Shown piece after piece: positions 8,764 through 19,169 of a DNA stretch of 54,614 nucleotides. A program made the translations under genes and the position numbers. Positions within the stretch are counted from its first letter, which is position 1. Each line of letters starts with the position of its first letter. The notes below the pieces were generated by a model. That model saw only the letters and a program-made list of their open reading frames with translations. It was not told the origin of the DNA and did not search any database. Source of the DNA: an uncultured Eubacterium sp. (lineage in GTDB: Bacteria; Bacillota; Clostridia; Lachnospirales; Lachnospiraceae); contig CANDJR010000001.1 of the NCBI GenBank assembly GCA_947385105.1, positions 1-54,614 on the forward strand, in the 5' to 3' direction.

Positions 8764-9594
8764 ATGCAAAAAATTATCATGATAGATGAAGCACAAGCTT
8801 ATACACAATATATCGAGCCAAAGGCTGCAAACGATATCTGTACAGGAAATGCGCAGACGTTTGAAAGCTATAAAAATTATATTTTGTTTGTATTTTACAT
8901 GTATGATATACATCAAAAAGGATTGCCGGCAAATGAAATCATTATTTATATGGATCATGAGGATTTGTTTTTTTTATGTGAAAGCCGGAGGGGTTATGAG
9001 CGGGTATGCGAGCTTGCATTACCAAAAGAGACAAATGAAAAGTCATTGTGGGAATTTTTCCAAAATTTACTAAAACACGATATGGACCATTTAGAGGACT
9101 TTGAATGTGAAATTGCAGATGAAGAAATGGCTGCTATGGTACGGCACCATGATCATGATATTCGGAAAATAATTGCGTATCGTAAGGAATTGCTGCATTT
9201 GAAACGCTATTATGAACAGCTGGACGCACTCATGGATAATTTAGCTTTAAATGAACATCATTTTCTTACAGAAGACGGTGTCAGGCATTTTTCCATACTT
9301 GCAAACCGTACGGCTCGTTATTTTGCAAATGTATTAAATTTACGCGATTATGTCACACAGATGCGTGAAGCGTACCAGGCGCAGATTGATATCGAACAAA
9401 ACAATTTAATGCGTCTGTTTACTGTCATTACAGCAGTCTTTTTGCCGCTGACGCTTATGGTTGGATGGTATGGTATGAATTTTAAAAATATGCCGGAACT
9501 TGACTGGCCATATGCTTATCCAATCTTTTTAGGGGTAAGCGTGCTCGTATGCGCAGGGCTATTGATGTATTTTCGTAAAAAGAAGTGGTTTTAG
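8764..9594 (+). CDS. CorA-family divalent cation transporter (short form)
   Basis: C-terminal FLPLTLMVGWYGMNF-MPEL signature with two TM helices. Confidence 0.9.
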   Translation: MQKIIMIDEAQAYTQYIEPKAANDICTGNAQTFESYKNYILFVFYMYDIHQKGLPANEIIIYMDHEDLFFLCESRRGYERVCELALPKETNEKSLWEFFQNLLKHDMDHLEDFECEIADEEMAAMVRHHDHDIRKIIAYRKELLHLKRYYEQLDALMDNLALNEHHFLTEDGVRHFSILANRTARYFANVLNLRDYVTQMREAYQAQIDIEQNNLMRLFTVITAVFLPLTLMVGWYGMNFKNMPELDWPYAYPIFLGVSVLVCAGLLMYFRKKKWF

Positions 9595-9596
9595 CC

Positions 9597-9625
9597 TTTA
9601 CAGGCTTTTTGTGAATTGCTATAAT
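9597..9625 (+). promoter_or_regulatory. sigma-A type promoter with extended -10
   Basis: TTTACA-17-TATAAT with TGn upstream of -10; supports start at ATG 9650. Confidence 0.6.
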
Positions 9626-9649
9626 GCAAAAAAACGGGGAGCCAAATCC

Positions 9650-12600
9650 ATGAAAACAATCGATAAAACAACAATTCAAAATTATGCAGGTAATCAGCTA
9701 GTATCGGATCAAGGGTATGACTTATTTTGTAATGATGCGGTACAAAGCATCAAGCTCAAAGACTGCCAGGATGGGACATATGAGCTGGAAGGGGAGATTG
9801 CAGACAGTAAAAACAATGTATACCATACCAGTGCAGTCATTGCTCCATGGTCAGAGAATGTGATAATTAATTCAAAATGTAATTGTAAGGGATCTGCAGA
9901 ATGTTCAGGTGTGTGTAAACATATTGTTGCGTTATTATTTGAATATAATTATCAGTATGAGGATGTAGAAATACAAGACAGCTATCTTAGGATGCCGTGG
10001 CTGGAAGACATCATGGAAGATTGGCAGGAGGAAGAAGCAGAGCAGCCGGATCAATCTCGGATGCAGGAGCAGCCTGCTGCTGATAAGATAGTTAGAAGAC
10101 AAGCAGCGTCTTGTGCCAGTGATTTAGAATTAAAAAATCTTGTTGAGTATTATGTACTACAGGAACGCAATGAAATATGCCGGGATTATGTGAATGGGGA
10201 TGTAGATCTTATGCCCATTTTGCACCTTGAAGCAGAAAGAGAGGCTTTAGAGCTAAAAATCGGCATTTCACAAATGTATGTGGTAAAAGATATTGGCAGC
10301 TTAGTGAATCATATTAAGCAAATGAGTCATGTAAGATATGGGAAAAATCTGGAGTTTGTGCACAGTCAAAGTGCGTTCACAAAAGAGGCGATTGAGATTG
10401 TAAACTTGCTGTTTGAAATGGATCAGGAGGATGTGTTCTCCTTTCAATATTATGGGTGGGGACACACGGGCTCTCAGACGCGCCGTTTTTGTACGCTTGA
10501 GCCGGCAATGCTGGAGCGGCTCATTGAATTATATGAAGGGAAAAGCCTGCATATCAAAGACCATCTGACAGACATGGAAATGGATGTATTGGTCGTACGA
10601 AGCAATCCGCCCCTTCCGATTCAGATTACTGGCATTTCCAAAGAAGGCAGTCAGGGCGCACAGATAGAGATGGAGTCTATTTTTTTGGCGCAAGGAGTCA
10701 GGCAGTGGTTTGTTTTATGGAATCAATGTCTCTACATTTGCTCCAGAGAGTATTACGAGCAGACAAAAAGCTTTTTAAAGCTCATGGCGCAGGTTCGTAA
10801 AGAGGCGGTAGACTACGGCTATTACGGGCGCTTTGTACACTGGTACAGAGACAATAAAAAGACTTCTTTTTTCCTCAGTGAGCAGGATTTTGGCGCATTT
10901 TCCAATCATGTACTGCCTTTTATATCTGATAAGATGGATGTGCAAATTAAAAATGTGGAATTTGCAGCATATGAACCACAAGAAGCCTTCTTTCAATGCT
11001 TTTTGGATAAAGTCGGAGAATTCATTGAATGTAAGGCAAAAGTACAGTACGGCAAACAAGAATATTATCTGGCCAAAATTCCGAGCAAAGAAGAAGCAGT
11101 CCGTGATATCCGTAAGGAATACCAGGTACGTACATTGCTGGAAACGTATTTTACTGTACAAAAGGATCATACGATATACCAGAGCAAGGATGAAGATTCT
11201 ATGCTGGAGTTTTTAGAAACAGGTATCAAAGAGCTGGAAAAAGTTGCAGAAATATTTGCAACAGACCGCTTTAAAAATATGCGCGTAATACAGATGCCAA
11301 AAGTTACGACAGGTATTCAGATCAAAGGCAATCTGTTGGATGTCAGTTGGAATGTCGAAGGTATGAGTGCGCAGGAAGTGATAGATATTTTGGCTGATTT
11401 TCATAAGAAAAAAAAGTACCATAAGTTAAATACAAATGAATTTTTACGTTTGGACAACAACTCTTTAGCTGTTTTGCAAGAATTAAATGCAGGACTTCAT
11501 TTGAGTAAGGAGCAGCTTAAAAACTGCAGGGCAAAAGTGCCGCTGTTTCGATCTTTATATTTGGACACACTGATGAAAGAAAATGCTGCATATATCCATA
11601 TGGAACGGGACAAGCAGTTTAAGGCAATTGTGCGGGAAATACGTTCTACAGAAGATGGAGAATATGAGATTCCAAAACAAATTCATGCACAGCTGCGCCC
11701 TTACCAGGAACTGGGGTTTCAGTGGCTGTGTACATTGGCAAAATATGGATTTGGCGGTATTTTGGCAGATGATATGGGACTTGGAAAGACACTGCAGGTG
11801 CTTACAATGCTGGCTGCACATCAGGGGACGCATACACTGGTTGTCTGTCCGTCGTCACTTGTTTATAATTGGGAGGCAGAATGCCAGCGTTTTTATCCAG
11901 ATGCACAGATACAGACGATTATCGGGACTGCGGCAGTACGTAAAATGCACATTCAAGAATGGGACAAGCTGGATATTTTGATTACGTCTTATGAGTTGTT
12001 AAAAAGAGATATTGATGATTATATAGACAAACAGTTTGACTTCGTCATTTTGGATGAAGCGCAGTATATTAAAAATGCTTCTACACAGGCTGCCAAAGCT
12101 GCCAAAGCCATTGCATGTACTTGCCGATTTGCACTGACAGGCACGCCGGTGGAAAACAGGCTGGGAGAACTGTGGAGTATTTTTGAATTTTTAATGCCAG
12201 GCTATTTGTTTTCCTATCAGCGGTTTAAAGATGAACTGGAAGTGCCGATTGCAGAAAGCCAGGATGAAAAAGCCAGAATGCGGCTGATGCGTATGGTAAA
12301 GCCATTTATTTTACGGCGGTTGAAAAAGGACGTACTAAAAGAGCTGCCTGAAAAAATAGAGGATGTCATTTATGCCAGGATGGAAGGGGAACAGAACCGA
12401 ATTTATCAGGCACGGGAAAAACAGCTGTTACAGATGCTTGCAAAACAGACAGAAGAAGAATTTAAAATGAAAAAGCTTCAAATTTTGGCAGAATTGACAG
12501 CACTGCGCCAAATATGCTGTGATCCGGCACTTGTATATGAAAACTATACACAAGATTCTGCAAAAACAAAGACCTGTATTGAGGTAATTGAAAATGCAGT

Positions 12601-13069
12601 AAACGGCGGACATAAAATCTTGCTTTTTTCACAATTTGCATCCATGCTGGAACGGCTTGCTGAAATCCTTGCAGCACGCGGTATTCAGACGTTCCTTCTG
12701 ACAGGCAGGACAAACAAAGAAAACCGCCGCAGGCTGGTTGCAAAGTTTCAAGAAGGGGAGGCAGATGTATTTTTGATTTCACTAAAAGCAGGAGGAACAG
12801 GTTTGAATCTGACAGCTGCTGATGTAGTGATCCATTATGATCCTTGGTGGAATCTTGCTGCACAAAACCAGGCGACGGATCGGGCTTACCGTATTGGGCA
12901 GGACAATAAAGTGACGGTATTTCGCCTGATTATGAAAGGTACGATAGAAGAACGGATTTTAAAAATGCAAAAAGACAAGCAAAATCTTGCAGATTCCATT
13001 ATTTCTGAGGAAGGGGTATCCATGGCAGGGCTTGATAAAAAGCAGCTGCTGGCAGTATTGGATGTATAA
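9650..13069 (+). CDS. SWIM zinc finger + SNF2-family helicase
   Basis: CNC...CKH SWIM motif; LADDMGLGKT, DEAQ, LTGTPVEN, SLKAGGTGLNL, QATDRAYRIGQ. Confidence 0.95.
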   Translation: MKTIDKTTIQNYAGNQLVSDQGYDLFCNDAVQSIKLKDCQDGTYELEGEIADSKNNVYHTSAVIAPWSENVIINSKCNCKGSAECSGVCKHIVALLFEYNYQYEDVEIQDSYLRMPWLEDIMEDWQEEEAEQPDQSRMQEQPAADKIVRRQAASCASDLELKNLVEYYVLQERNEICRDYVNGDVDLMPILHLEAEREALELKIGISQMYVVKDIGSLVNHIKQMSHVRYGKNLEFVHSQSAFTKEAIEIVNLLFEMDQEDVFSFQYYGWGHTGSQTRRFCTLEPAMLERLIELYEGKSLHIKDHLTDMEMDVLVVRSNPPLPIQITGISKEGSQGAQIEMESIFLAQGVRQWFVLWNQCLYICSREYYEQTKSFLKLMAQVRKEAVDYGYYGRFVHWYRDNKKTSFFLSEQDFGAFSNHVLPFISDKMDVQIKNVEFAAYEPQEAFFQCFLDKVGEFIECKAKVQYGKQEYYLAKIPSKEEAVRDIRKEYQVRTLLETYFTVQKDHTIYQSKDEDSMLEFLETGIKELEKVAEIFATDRFKNMRVIQMPKVTTGIQIKGNLLDVSWNVEGMSAQEVIDILADFHKKKKYHKLNTNEFLRLDNNSLAVLQELNAGLHLSKEQLKNCRAKVPLFRSLYLDTLMKENAAYIHMERDKQFKAIVREIRSTEDGEYEIPKQIHAQLRPYQELGFQWLCTLAKYGFGGILADDMGLGKTLQVLTMLAAHQGTHTLVVCPSSLVYNWEAECQRFYPDAQIQTIIGTAAVRKMHIQEWDKLDILITSYELLKRDIDDYIDKQFDFVILDEAQYIKNASTQAAKAAKAIACTCRFALTGTPVENRLGELWSIFEFLMPGYLFSYQRFKDELEVPIAESQDEKARMRLMRMVKPFILRRLKKDVLKELPEKIEDVIYARMEGEQNRIYQAREKQLLQMLAKQTEEEFKMKKLQILAELTALRQICCDPALVYENYTQDSAKTKTCIEVIENAVNGGHKILLFSQFASMLERLAEILAARGIQTFLLTGRTNKENRRRLVAKFQEGEADVFLISLKAGGTGLNLTAADVVIHYDPWWNLAAQNQATDRAYRIGQDNKVTVFRLIMKGTIEERILKMQKDKQNLADSIISEEGVSMAGLDKKQLLAVLDV

Positions 13070-13073
13070 ATTG

Positions 13074-13120
13074 ATAAATTTTTCTTAAATGCTCATGAAG
13101 TGACCATAAATTTTTCTTAA
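13074..13120. repeat. 15-bp perfect direct repeat, candidate regulator binding sites
   Basis: ATAAATTTTTCTTAA at 13074-13088 and 13106-13120 (32-bp period). Confidence 0.6.
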
Positions 13121-13298
13121 TTTTTTGAAAAAAATTTCAGAATTAGACGCGTATTTTATATAAATTTACTATAGAAAAATGTGCATTTTACTGATAGAAT
13201 GGTTCTACGCATTTGGAGGGTTGAACTCCATTGCGTAGCTACTATTTTGATAAAAACCATAAGGATTGTATAAAAAACAATTCAGCAGGGAGGCTATT

Positions 13299-13472
13299 AT
13301 GGAATTTGGACAGGAAAAATACTTTGACTTACTTTTTGGGAATTATTCGTCACCAGAGGCGATCTGCCAGGAGATTATTAATTTAAATGTCGTGTTAAAC
13401 AAACCAAGGAATCAAATCAGTTATTTTGAAAATGAGGAATTTCAAGAAAGAAGAAAGCAAATATGGCAATAA
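13299..13472 (+). pseudogene. Short ORF resembling the N-terminus of Firmicute class III fructose-1,6-bisphosphatase
   Basis: KYFDLL....S.EAICQEIINLNVVLNKPR resembles the KYL.LL...P....EIINL.AILNLPK start of Fbp; good SD GGGAGG; only 57 aa. Confidence 0.55.
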
Positions 13473-15217
13473 ACAAAAAAACAAAAGCCAACCGCAGTGT
13501 ACTGCTTCGGCTGGCCGCTTATTATAAGCCATACGCAGGGGTATTTTTTACAGATCTATTGTTTGCATTGATATCTGCTGCGGTGGCACTTACGATTCCG
13601 CTCGTCGTACGCTATGTGACGTCGACCGTGATCTACATGGAACATGCACAGGCGCAGGAGATGCTCATCAAGCTTGGCATACTGATGGTAGTTCTAGTGC
13701 TCGTGCAATGGTACAGTAATTATTATATAACTTATTATGGACATGTAATGGGGGCAAGAATTGAGTATGATATGCGGGCAGAGATTTTTGACCATTACCA
13801 AAAGATGTCATTTTCTTTTTATGACGAACAAAAAGTCGGGCAGCTGATGTCCAGGGTTACAAGTGATTTGTTTGATATTACAGAGCTGCTGCATCATGGA
13901 CCGGAAAATATTGCAATTTCGCTGATAAAAATTGCAGGTGCTTTTTTGATTTTAATGTCTATCAATCCATATTTAGTTGTCGCAGCGTTTGCACTTGTGC
14001 CAGTTATGCTGGTATTTGCGTATGTATGCAATATACGAATGAAACGGGCCTTTCAAAAAAACCGCGAAAAAATTGCAGAGATTAACAGCCAAATCGAAGA
14101 TAATCTGTCTGGCATCCGCGCGGTCAAGTCATTTGCAAATGAAGATGTGGAAAACGAAAAGTTCAAAGCTGGTAATGACGGTTTTTTGGCTGCCAAGAGA
14201 AACAGCTATTTTTATATGGGCCAATACCATTCTGGGCTGACGGCATTTACGACACTGATTAATGTGTTTGTAATTATGGCCGGCGGCTGGATGGTTCTGA
14301 GCGGGATTGTACATGTCACAGATTTCGTGACTTTTTTGTTGTATATTAATGTTTTTACAGATCCAGTAAAGACTTTGATTGATTTTACAGAGCAGTTTCA
14401 AAACGGTTATTCTGGCTATGAACGTTTTATCCAAATATTGGATCTGATGCCGGATATTAAAGATGCGCCGGATGCGCAGGATTTAGGACAGGTAAAAGGA
14501 GACATCTGCTTTGAAGATGTATCGTTTGGGTATTCGAGCGAAAAAGAGACAGTATTAGAGCATATTGATTTAAATGTGCCTGCAGGACAATATGTGGCGC
14601 TGGTTGGTTCTTCTGGTATTGGAAAAAGTACGTTATGCAGCCTGATCCCGCGTTTTTATGAGGTATCTTCTGGCCGTATTACATTAGATGGAAAGGATAT
14701 CCGTACGCTGCGTCTTAAGAGCCTGCGGCAAAATATCGGTATTGTACAGCAGGATGTCTATTTATTTGCAGGCACGGTATACGATAATATCGCGTATGGC
14801 AAGCCAGGTGCTTCAAGAGAAGAAGTCATCCGCGCGGCAAAAAATGCAAATGCACACGACTTTATTATGGAGCTGCCTAAAGGCTATGATACGGATATCG
14901 GGCAGCGCGGAATCAAATTATCCGGCGGACAGAAGCAGCGCCTTTCTATTGCGCGCGTATTTTTAAAAAATCCGAGGATCCTAATTTTTGACGAGGCAAC
15001 TTCCGCATTAGATAATGAAAGCGAAAAAGTAGTACAAGAATCGCTGGAAAAATTGGCAGCGAACCGTACGACGTTTGTGATTGCCCATCGTCTGACTACG
15101 ATCCGAAATGCACAAAAGATTCTCGTACTTACGGAAGATGGGATTGCAGAGCAGGGAACGCATGATCAGCTGCTTGCAAAAGACGGGATTTATGCCGGGC
15201 TGTATCGTGTCAGCTAG
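13463..15217 (+). CDS. ABC exporter, fused permease/ATP-binding protein (MsbA/multidrug type)
   Basis: Six TM segments; Walker A GSSGIGKS, LSGGQKQR, Walker B ILIFDEATSALD, IAHRL. Confidence 0.95.
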   Translation: MAINKKTKANRSVLLRLAAYYKPYAGVFFTDLLFALISAAVALTIPLVVRYVTSTVIYMEHAQAQEMLIKLGILMVVLVLVQWYSNYYITYYGHVMGARIEYDMRAEIFDHYQKMSFSFYDEQKVGQLMSRVTSDLFDITELLHHGPENIAISLIKIAGAFLILMSINPYLVVAAFALVPVMLVFAYVCNIRMKRAFQKNREKIAEINSQIEDNLSGIRAVKSFANEDVENEKFKAGNDGFLAAKRNSYFYMGQYHSGLTAFTTLINVFVIMAGGWMVLSGIVHVTDFVTFLLYINVFTDPVKTLIDFTEQFQNGYSGYERFIQILDLMPDIKDAPDAQDLGQVKGDICFEDVSFGYSSEKETVLEHIDLNVPAGQYVALVGSSGIGKSTLCSLIPRFYEVSSGRITLDGKDIRTLRLKSLRQNIGIVQQDVYLFAGTVYDNIAYGKPGASREEVIRAAKNANAHDFIMELPKGYDTDIGQRGIKLSGGQKQRLSIARVFLKNPRILIFDEATSALDNESEKVVQESLEKLAANRTTFVIAHRLTTIRNAQKILVLTEDGIAEQGTHDQLLAKDGIYAGLYRVS

Positions 15218-15337
15218 AGATATAATCAAATGTAATCAGATGTAATCATGTGCAAACCCAAGGCGAGCGGCATGATTGCTCGCAGCGCAAAAGCGGCTTG
15301 TGAAAGCCGCTGGATGCGCAGCCAAGGAGGGATTGTG

Positions 15338-15559
15338 ATGTTATTTCGAAAAAAAACGAAACAAGAAACAGTTTCTTATGACAGAGAGAACGAAAAACCG
15401 GTTTTAAAATGCAGTATTTGCAATGGTGAGCAAGTAGCAGGATTTAAAAATATTCAAAATGGGTGTTTCCACGAAGTGATGTTTATACGAAATGAAAAGG
15501 ACTTGCAGGACTTTAAGGAGCGTTATGGCATTGCAGAGGAAATAGCAAAAGAGTATTAG
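15338..15559 (+). CDS. Small hypothetical protein (73 aa) with CSIC motif
   Basis: SD AAGGAGG at 15324-15330; KPVLKCSICNGEQVAGFK. Confidence 0.75.
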   Translation: MLFRKKTKQETVSYDRENEKPVLKCSICNGEQVAGFKNIQNGCFHEVMFIRNEKDLQDFKERYGIAEEIAKEY

Positions 15560-15967
15560 TGATTCTGTGATGTTTTTTTTTCGTACATTGCTATTTTTTA
15601 TTGTAATTTTGCACTACCTATGGTATATTTCTGACGAACGGTATTCTAAAGAAACTGTATCAGGTGGTGATAGTTATCACAGATAGGTTATCGTTTTGCA
15701 GATGTCTTTGCGGTAATCTAAATGGGGCCGCAGTAAAAGCGCAGATTGCTGGGACATATGGCAGGCACTGGCAAAGAAAGGCTTGACCAGATAAGAAATG
15801 TTGACAGCAAGGCATGAAATGCGGAGTAATTAATTTAGCGTATTAACGCGTTATCATCCAGCTCATGATATAAATTCAGTATGCCAAACAAGGCAGCTCT
15901 ATTTGTTGTCCAATGTTACCGTTCAGTAACAAGATTATCAAATTTTAAGAAGGGAAAATTGGATTAC

Positions 15968-16795
15968 ATGAAAAACACAGTTGTTACATTTAAAGAAGCA
16001 AAAGCCAAGGGTGAAAAATTGTCCATGCTGACAGCTTATGATTACACAACGGCAAAATTAATTGACGAGGCAGGCATTCATGCGATTCTTGTAGGAGATT
16101 CGCTAGGGATGGTGATGTTAGGATATGAGGACACGCTGTCTGTTACAATGGAAGATATGATTCACCATAGTGCAGCCGTGTCACGTGGAGCGAAACATAC
16201 GCTTTTAATTACGGATATGCCATTTATGTCTTATCAGACATCTGTGTATGATGCTGTAGTTAATGCTGGGCGTCTGGTAAAAGAGGGACATGCACAAGCA
16301 GTTAAACTGGAAGGCGGTAAGGAAGTATGCGAACATATTAAGGCAATTGTAAGAGCATCAATTCCTGTTTGCGGCCATATTGGGCTAACACCGCAGTCTG
16401 TTAATGCATTTGGCGGTTTTAAAGTGCAGGGAAAGGGAGAAGAAGCGGCACAGCGTCTGTTAGACGAGGCACGTGCATTGGAACAGGCAGGCGTGTTTGC
16501 AGTAGTCTTGGAATGTGTTCCGCAAGCATTGGCAGAAAAAATATCTGAGAGTATCAGTATCCCAACAATCGGCATTGGAGCAGGAGCAGGCTGCGATGGA
16601 CAAGTATTAGTTTACCAGGATATGCTTGCTATGTATTCTGATATGGCACCAAAGTTTGTGAAACAGTATGCGCAAATAGGGGAGCAAATGAAACAAGCGT
16701 TTGCTGCTTATAAGAAGGAAGTACAGGAGGGAACTTTCCCGGCTCTTGCACATACGTTTAAAATGGATGAGACGATTATCGAAAAATTGTATTAA
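15968..16795 (+). CDS. panB: 3-methyl-2-oxobutanoate hydroxymethyltransferase
   Basis: [40 protein letters not shown]; start set at ATG 15968. Confidence 0.97.
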   Translation: MKNTVVTFKEAKAKGEKLSMLTAYDYTTAKLIDEAGIHAILVGDSLGMVMLGYEDTLSVTMEDMIHHSAAVSRGAKHTLLITDMPFMSYQTSVYDAVVNAGRLVKEGHAQAVKLEGGKEVCEHIKAIVRASIPVCGHIGLTPQSVNAFGGFKVQGKGEEAAQRLLDEARALEQAGVFAVVLECVPQALAEKISESISIPTIGIGAGAGCDGQVLVYQDMLAMYSDMAPKFVKQYAQIGEQMKQAFAAYKKEVQEGTFPALAHTFKMDETIIEKLY

Positions 16796-16844
16796 AGATA
16801 TATGAACTAAGCTTTATATGTAAGAAGTTTACATGAAATGTATG

Positions 16845-16973
16845 TTTATTCCCGCGAGCAACGAGCCAAGTGGCTGCTTGCAGACATTTGGCGACTGCCG
16901 CGAGGGTCAAAGACCCCGCTGCTCTGCAGCGCTGCAAGTTTGATACCCCGTTGCTTGCAGCGGGGTCTTTGAT
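16845..16973. mobile_element. GC-rich palindromic element (IS200/IS605-derived PATE/REP-like) between panB and panC
   Basis: Perfect 16-bp IR TCAAAGACCCCGCTGC (16907-16922)/GCAGCGGGGTCTTTGA (16957-16972), alternative hairpin ACCCCGTTGC-TT-GCAGCGGGGT, second stem at 16853-16902; no TSD. Confidence 0.55.
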
Positions 16974-17016
16974 TAAAATTGGAGTAAAGTAGTTAACAGG
17001 CAGGAGAATAGAGAAA

Positions 17017-17862
17017 ATGGAAATATACAGTGAAATTGCAAAGGTCAGAGCACAAGTAGCAGAATGGAAAAAAGCTGGCATGACCGTAGGGTTTGTTCCT
17101 ACGATGGGGTATTTGCATGAAGGGCATATGAGTCTGGTAGATGCTGCCAAAAAAGGAAACGACCGTGTTGTTGTCAGTATTTTTGTAAATCCGATGCAGT
17201 TTGGGCCAAATGAAGATCTTGCAAGCTATCCAAGAGATTTGGAAAAGGATGCGAAATTGTGCGAAGCAGCAGGGGTTGACCTGATTTTCCATCCGCAGCC
17301 AGAGGAAATGTACGCACCAGGTTTTTGTTCTTATGTGGATATGGACGGGCTGACCAAGGAATTGTGTGGAAAAAGCCGTCCGATTCATTTTCGCGGAGTA
17401 CAGACTGTTGTCTTAAAGCTGTTTCACATTGTGACACCGGACTGTGCGTACTTTGGACAAAAGGACGCGCAGCAGCTTGCTGTCATTCAGCGGATGGTAA
17501 AGGATTTAAATGTAGGGACAAAGATTATTGGCTGTCCAATTGTGCGGGAGGATGATGGACTGGCAAAAAGTTCCCGCAATACGTATTTGAATGCAAAAGA
17601 GCGTCAGGCAGCATTAGTGCTTAGCCGCAGCCTTCAGACAGGCAAAGCATTGGCAGAAAGCGGCGAGAGGGATGCAGGCGCGATTAAGCAGGCAATCACA
17701 CAAGAAATTGAGAAAGAACCTATGGCAAAGATTGATTATGTAGATATCGTAGATTTTGAGACAATTACGCCAATTGATACACTGACAGGATCTGTGTTAG
17801 TTGCGATAGCAGTTTATATCGGTAAGACACGGTTGATTGATAATTTCATCATAGAGTCTTAA
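17017..17862 (+). CDS. panC: Pantoate--beta-alanine ligase
   Basis: [42 protein letters not shown]. Confidence 0.97.
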   Translation: MEIYSEIAKVRAQVAEWKKAGMTVGFVPTMGYLHEGHMSLVDAAKKGNDRVVVSIFVNPMQFGPNEDLASYPRDLEKDAKLCEAAGVDLIFHPQPEEMYAPGFCSYVDMDGLTKELCGKSRPIHFRGVQTVVLKLFHIVTPDCAYFGQKDAQQLAVIQRMVKDLNVGTKIIGCPIVREDDGLAKSSRNTYLNAKERQAALVLSRSLQTGKALAESGERDAGAIKQAITQEIEKEPMAKIDYVDIVDFETITPIDTLTGSVLVAIAVYIGKTRLIDNFIIES

Positions 17863-17872
17863 GGAGTTGTTT

Positions 17873-18304
17873 ATGAAGCTTACAATGTTAAAAGGGAAAA
17901 TCCATCGTGCAGTTGTAAAACAGGCAGAGCTCAATTATGTAGGAAGTATTACAGTTGATCCAGAATTAATGGAGGCGGCAGATATTTATGAGTATGAGTT
18001 TGTGCAGATTGTAGATGTGGAAAACGGAAACCGCTTTGAGACGTATACAATTGCCGGCGAGCCAGGCTCAGGAATGATTTGCTTAAATGGCGCAGCAGCC
18101 AGGCAGGTTGCTGTGGGCGATCATATTATTATTATGAGTTACGCGCAGATGACACCCGAAGAAGCAAAAAGCCATAAGCCAAAGGTTGTGTTTGTGAATG
18201 AAGATAACCGGATTGCCCGTGTTACGAACTATGAAAAATATGGAAAGCTAACAGAAGAATTTACTTCTAATGCAAAGGAGTCAGGCTGTGTGGATTGCAG
18301 ATAA
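17873..18304 (+). CDS. panD: Aspartate 1-decarboxylase
   Basis: KGKIHRA, YVGSIT (Gly-Ser autocleavage site), [15 protein letters not shown]. Confidence 0.96.
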   Translation: MKLTMLKGKIHRAVVKQAELNYVGSITVDPELMEAADIYEYEFVQIVDVENGNRFETYTIAGEPGSGMICLNGAAARQVAVGDHIIIMSYAQMTPEEAKSHKPKVVFVNEDNRIARVTNYEKYGKLTEEFTSNAKESGCVDCR

Positions 18305-19148
18305 TTGGAAAGATTACGAGGTTATAGATTGTTCAGAAGGAGAAAAGCTGGAGAGGTGGGGCAGTTATACACTGCTCCGCCCAGATCCCCAGGTAATATG
18401 GCAGACTCCTAAGACAGATAAGCATTGGAGACAATTAAATGCCCATTACCATCGCAGCAGCAAGGGCGGCGGAGAATGGGAATTTTTTGATCTGCCAAAA
18501 CAATGGGACATCCATTATGAAGCACTGACTTTTCGCTTGAAGCCATTTAGTTTTAAACATACAGGGCTGTTTCCGGAACAAGCAGTAAATTGGGACTGGT
18601 TTTCAGAAAAAATACGTGCAGCGGCACGTCCTGTCCGGGTATTAAATCTATTTGCTTATACTGGCGGCGCTACGCTGGCAGCCGCTGCTGCAGGGGCCAG
18701 TGTCACACATGTGGACGCATCCAAAGGGATGGTAACTTGGGCAAAAGAAAACGCTGCTGCGTCTGGATTAGAAGATGCTCCGATCCGGTGGATTGTAGAT
18801 GACTGCGTGAAATTTGTAGAGCGCGAGATCCGGCGCGGAAAAGTATACGATGCGATTATTATGGACCCTCCTTCGTTTGGACGCGGGCCAAAAGGCGAGA
18901 TCTGGAAACTAGAGGAGGCAATTTATCCGCTGCTTTTGACATGCAGCAAAGTGCTGTGCAGTCAGCCGCTTTTTTTCCTGCTGAATGCTTATACAACGGG
19001 ACTGCAGCCAGCAGTGCTTTCTTATTTATTAAGCACTGCGCTTGCATCATATGGCGGCCGGGTAGATGCACAGGAAATCGGGCTGCGGGTATCATCCAAT
19101 GGGCTGGTACTGCCATGCGGGGCATCTGGACGGTGGGAATGCTTGTAA
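18288..19148 (+). CDS. Class I SAM-dependent methyltransferase (rRNA methyltransferase-like)
   Basis: [30 protein letters not shown]; GTG 18288 after SD AAGGAG. Confidence 0.88.
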   Translation: MWIADNWKDYEVIDCSEGEKLERWGSYTLLRPDPQVIWQTPKTDKHWRQLNAHYHRSSKGGGEWEFFDLPKQWDIHYEALTFRLKPFSFKHTGLFPEQAVNWDWFSEKIRAAARPVRVLNLFAYTGGATLAAAAAGASVTHVDASKGMVTWAKENAAASGLEDAPIRWIVDDCVKFVEREIRRGKVYDAIIMDPPSFGRGPKGEIWKLEEAIYPLLLTCSKVLCSQPLFFLLNAYTTGLQPAVLSYLLSTALASYGGRVDAQEIGLRVSSNGLVLPCGASGRWECL

Positions 19149-19169
19149 CAGGAAGCAAAAGCTGCCTGC

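Noticed and set aside
9650-13069. SWIM-SNF2 helicase as a defence-system component
   Set aside because: Typical stand-alone Firmicute architecture with no methylase, nuclease or other defence neighbours.
15250-15323. c-di-GMP-I riboswitch (GCAAACC...CGCAAAAGC)
   Set aside because: No GNRA-capped P2 stem pairing with the CC and no tetraloop receptor; only short word matches.
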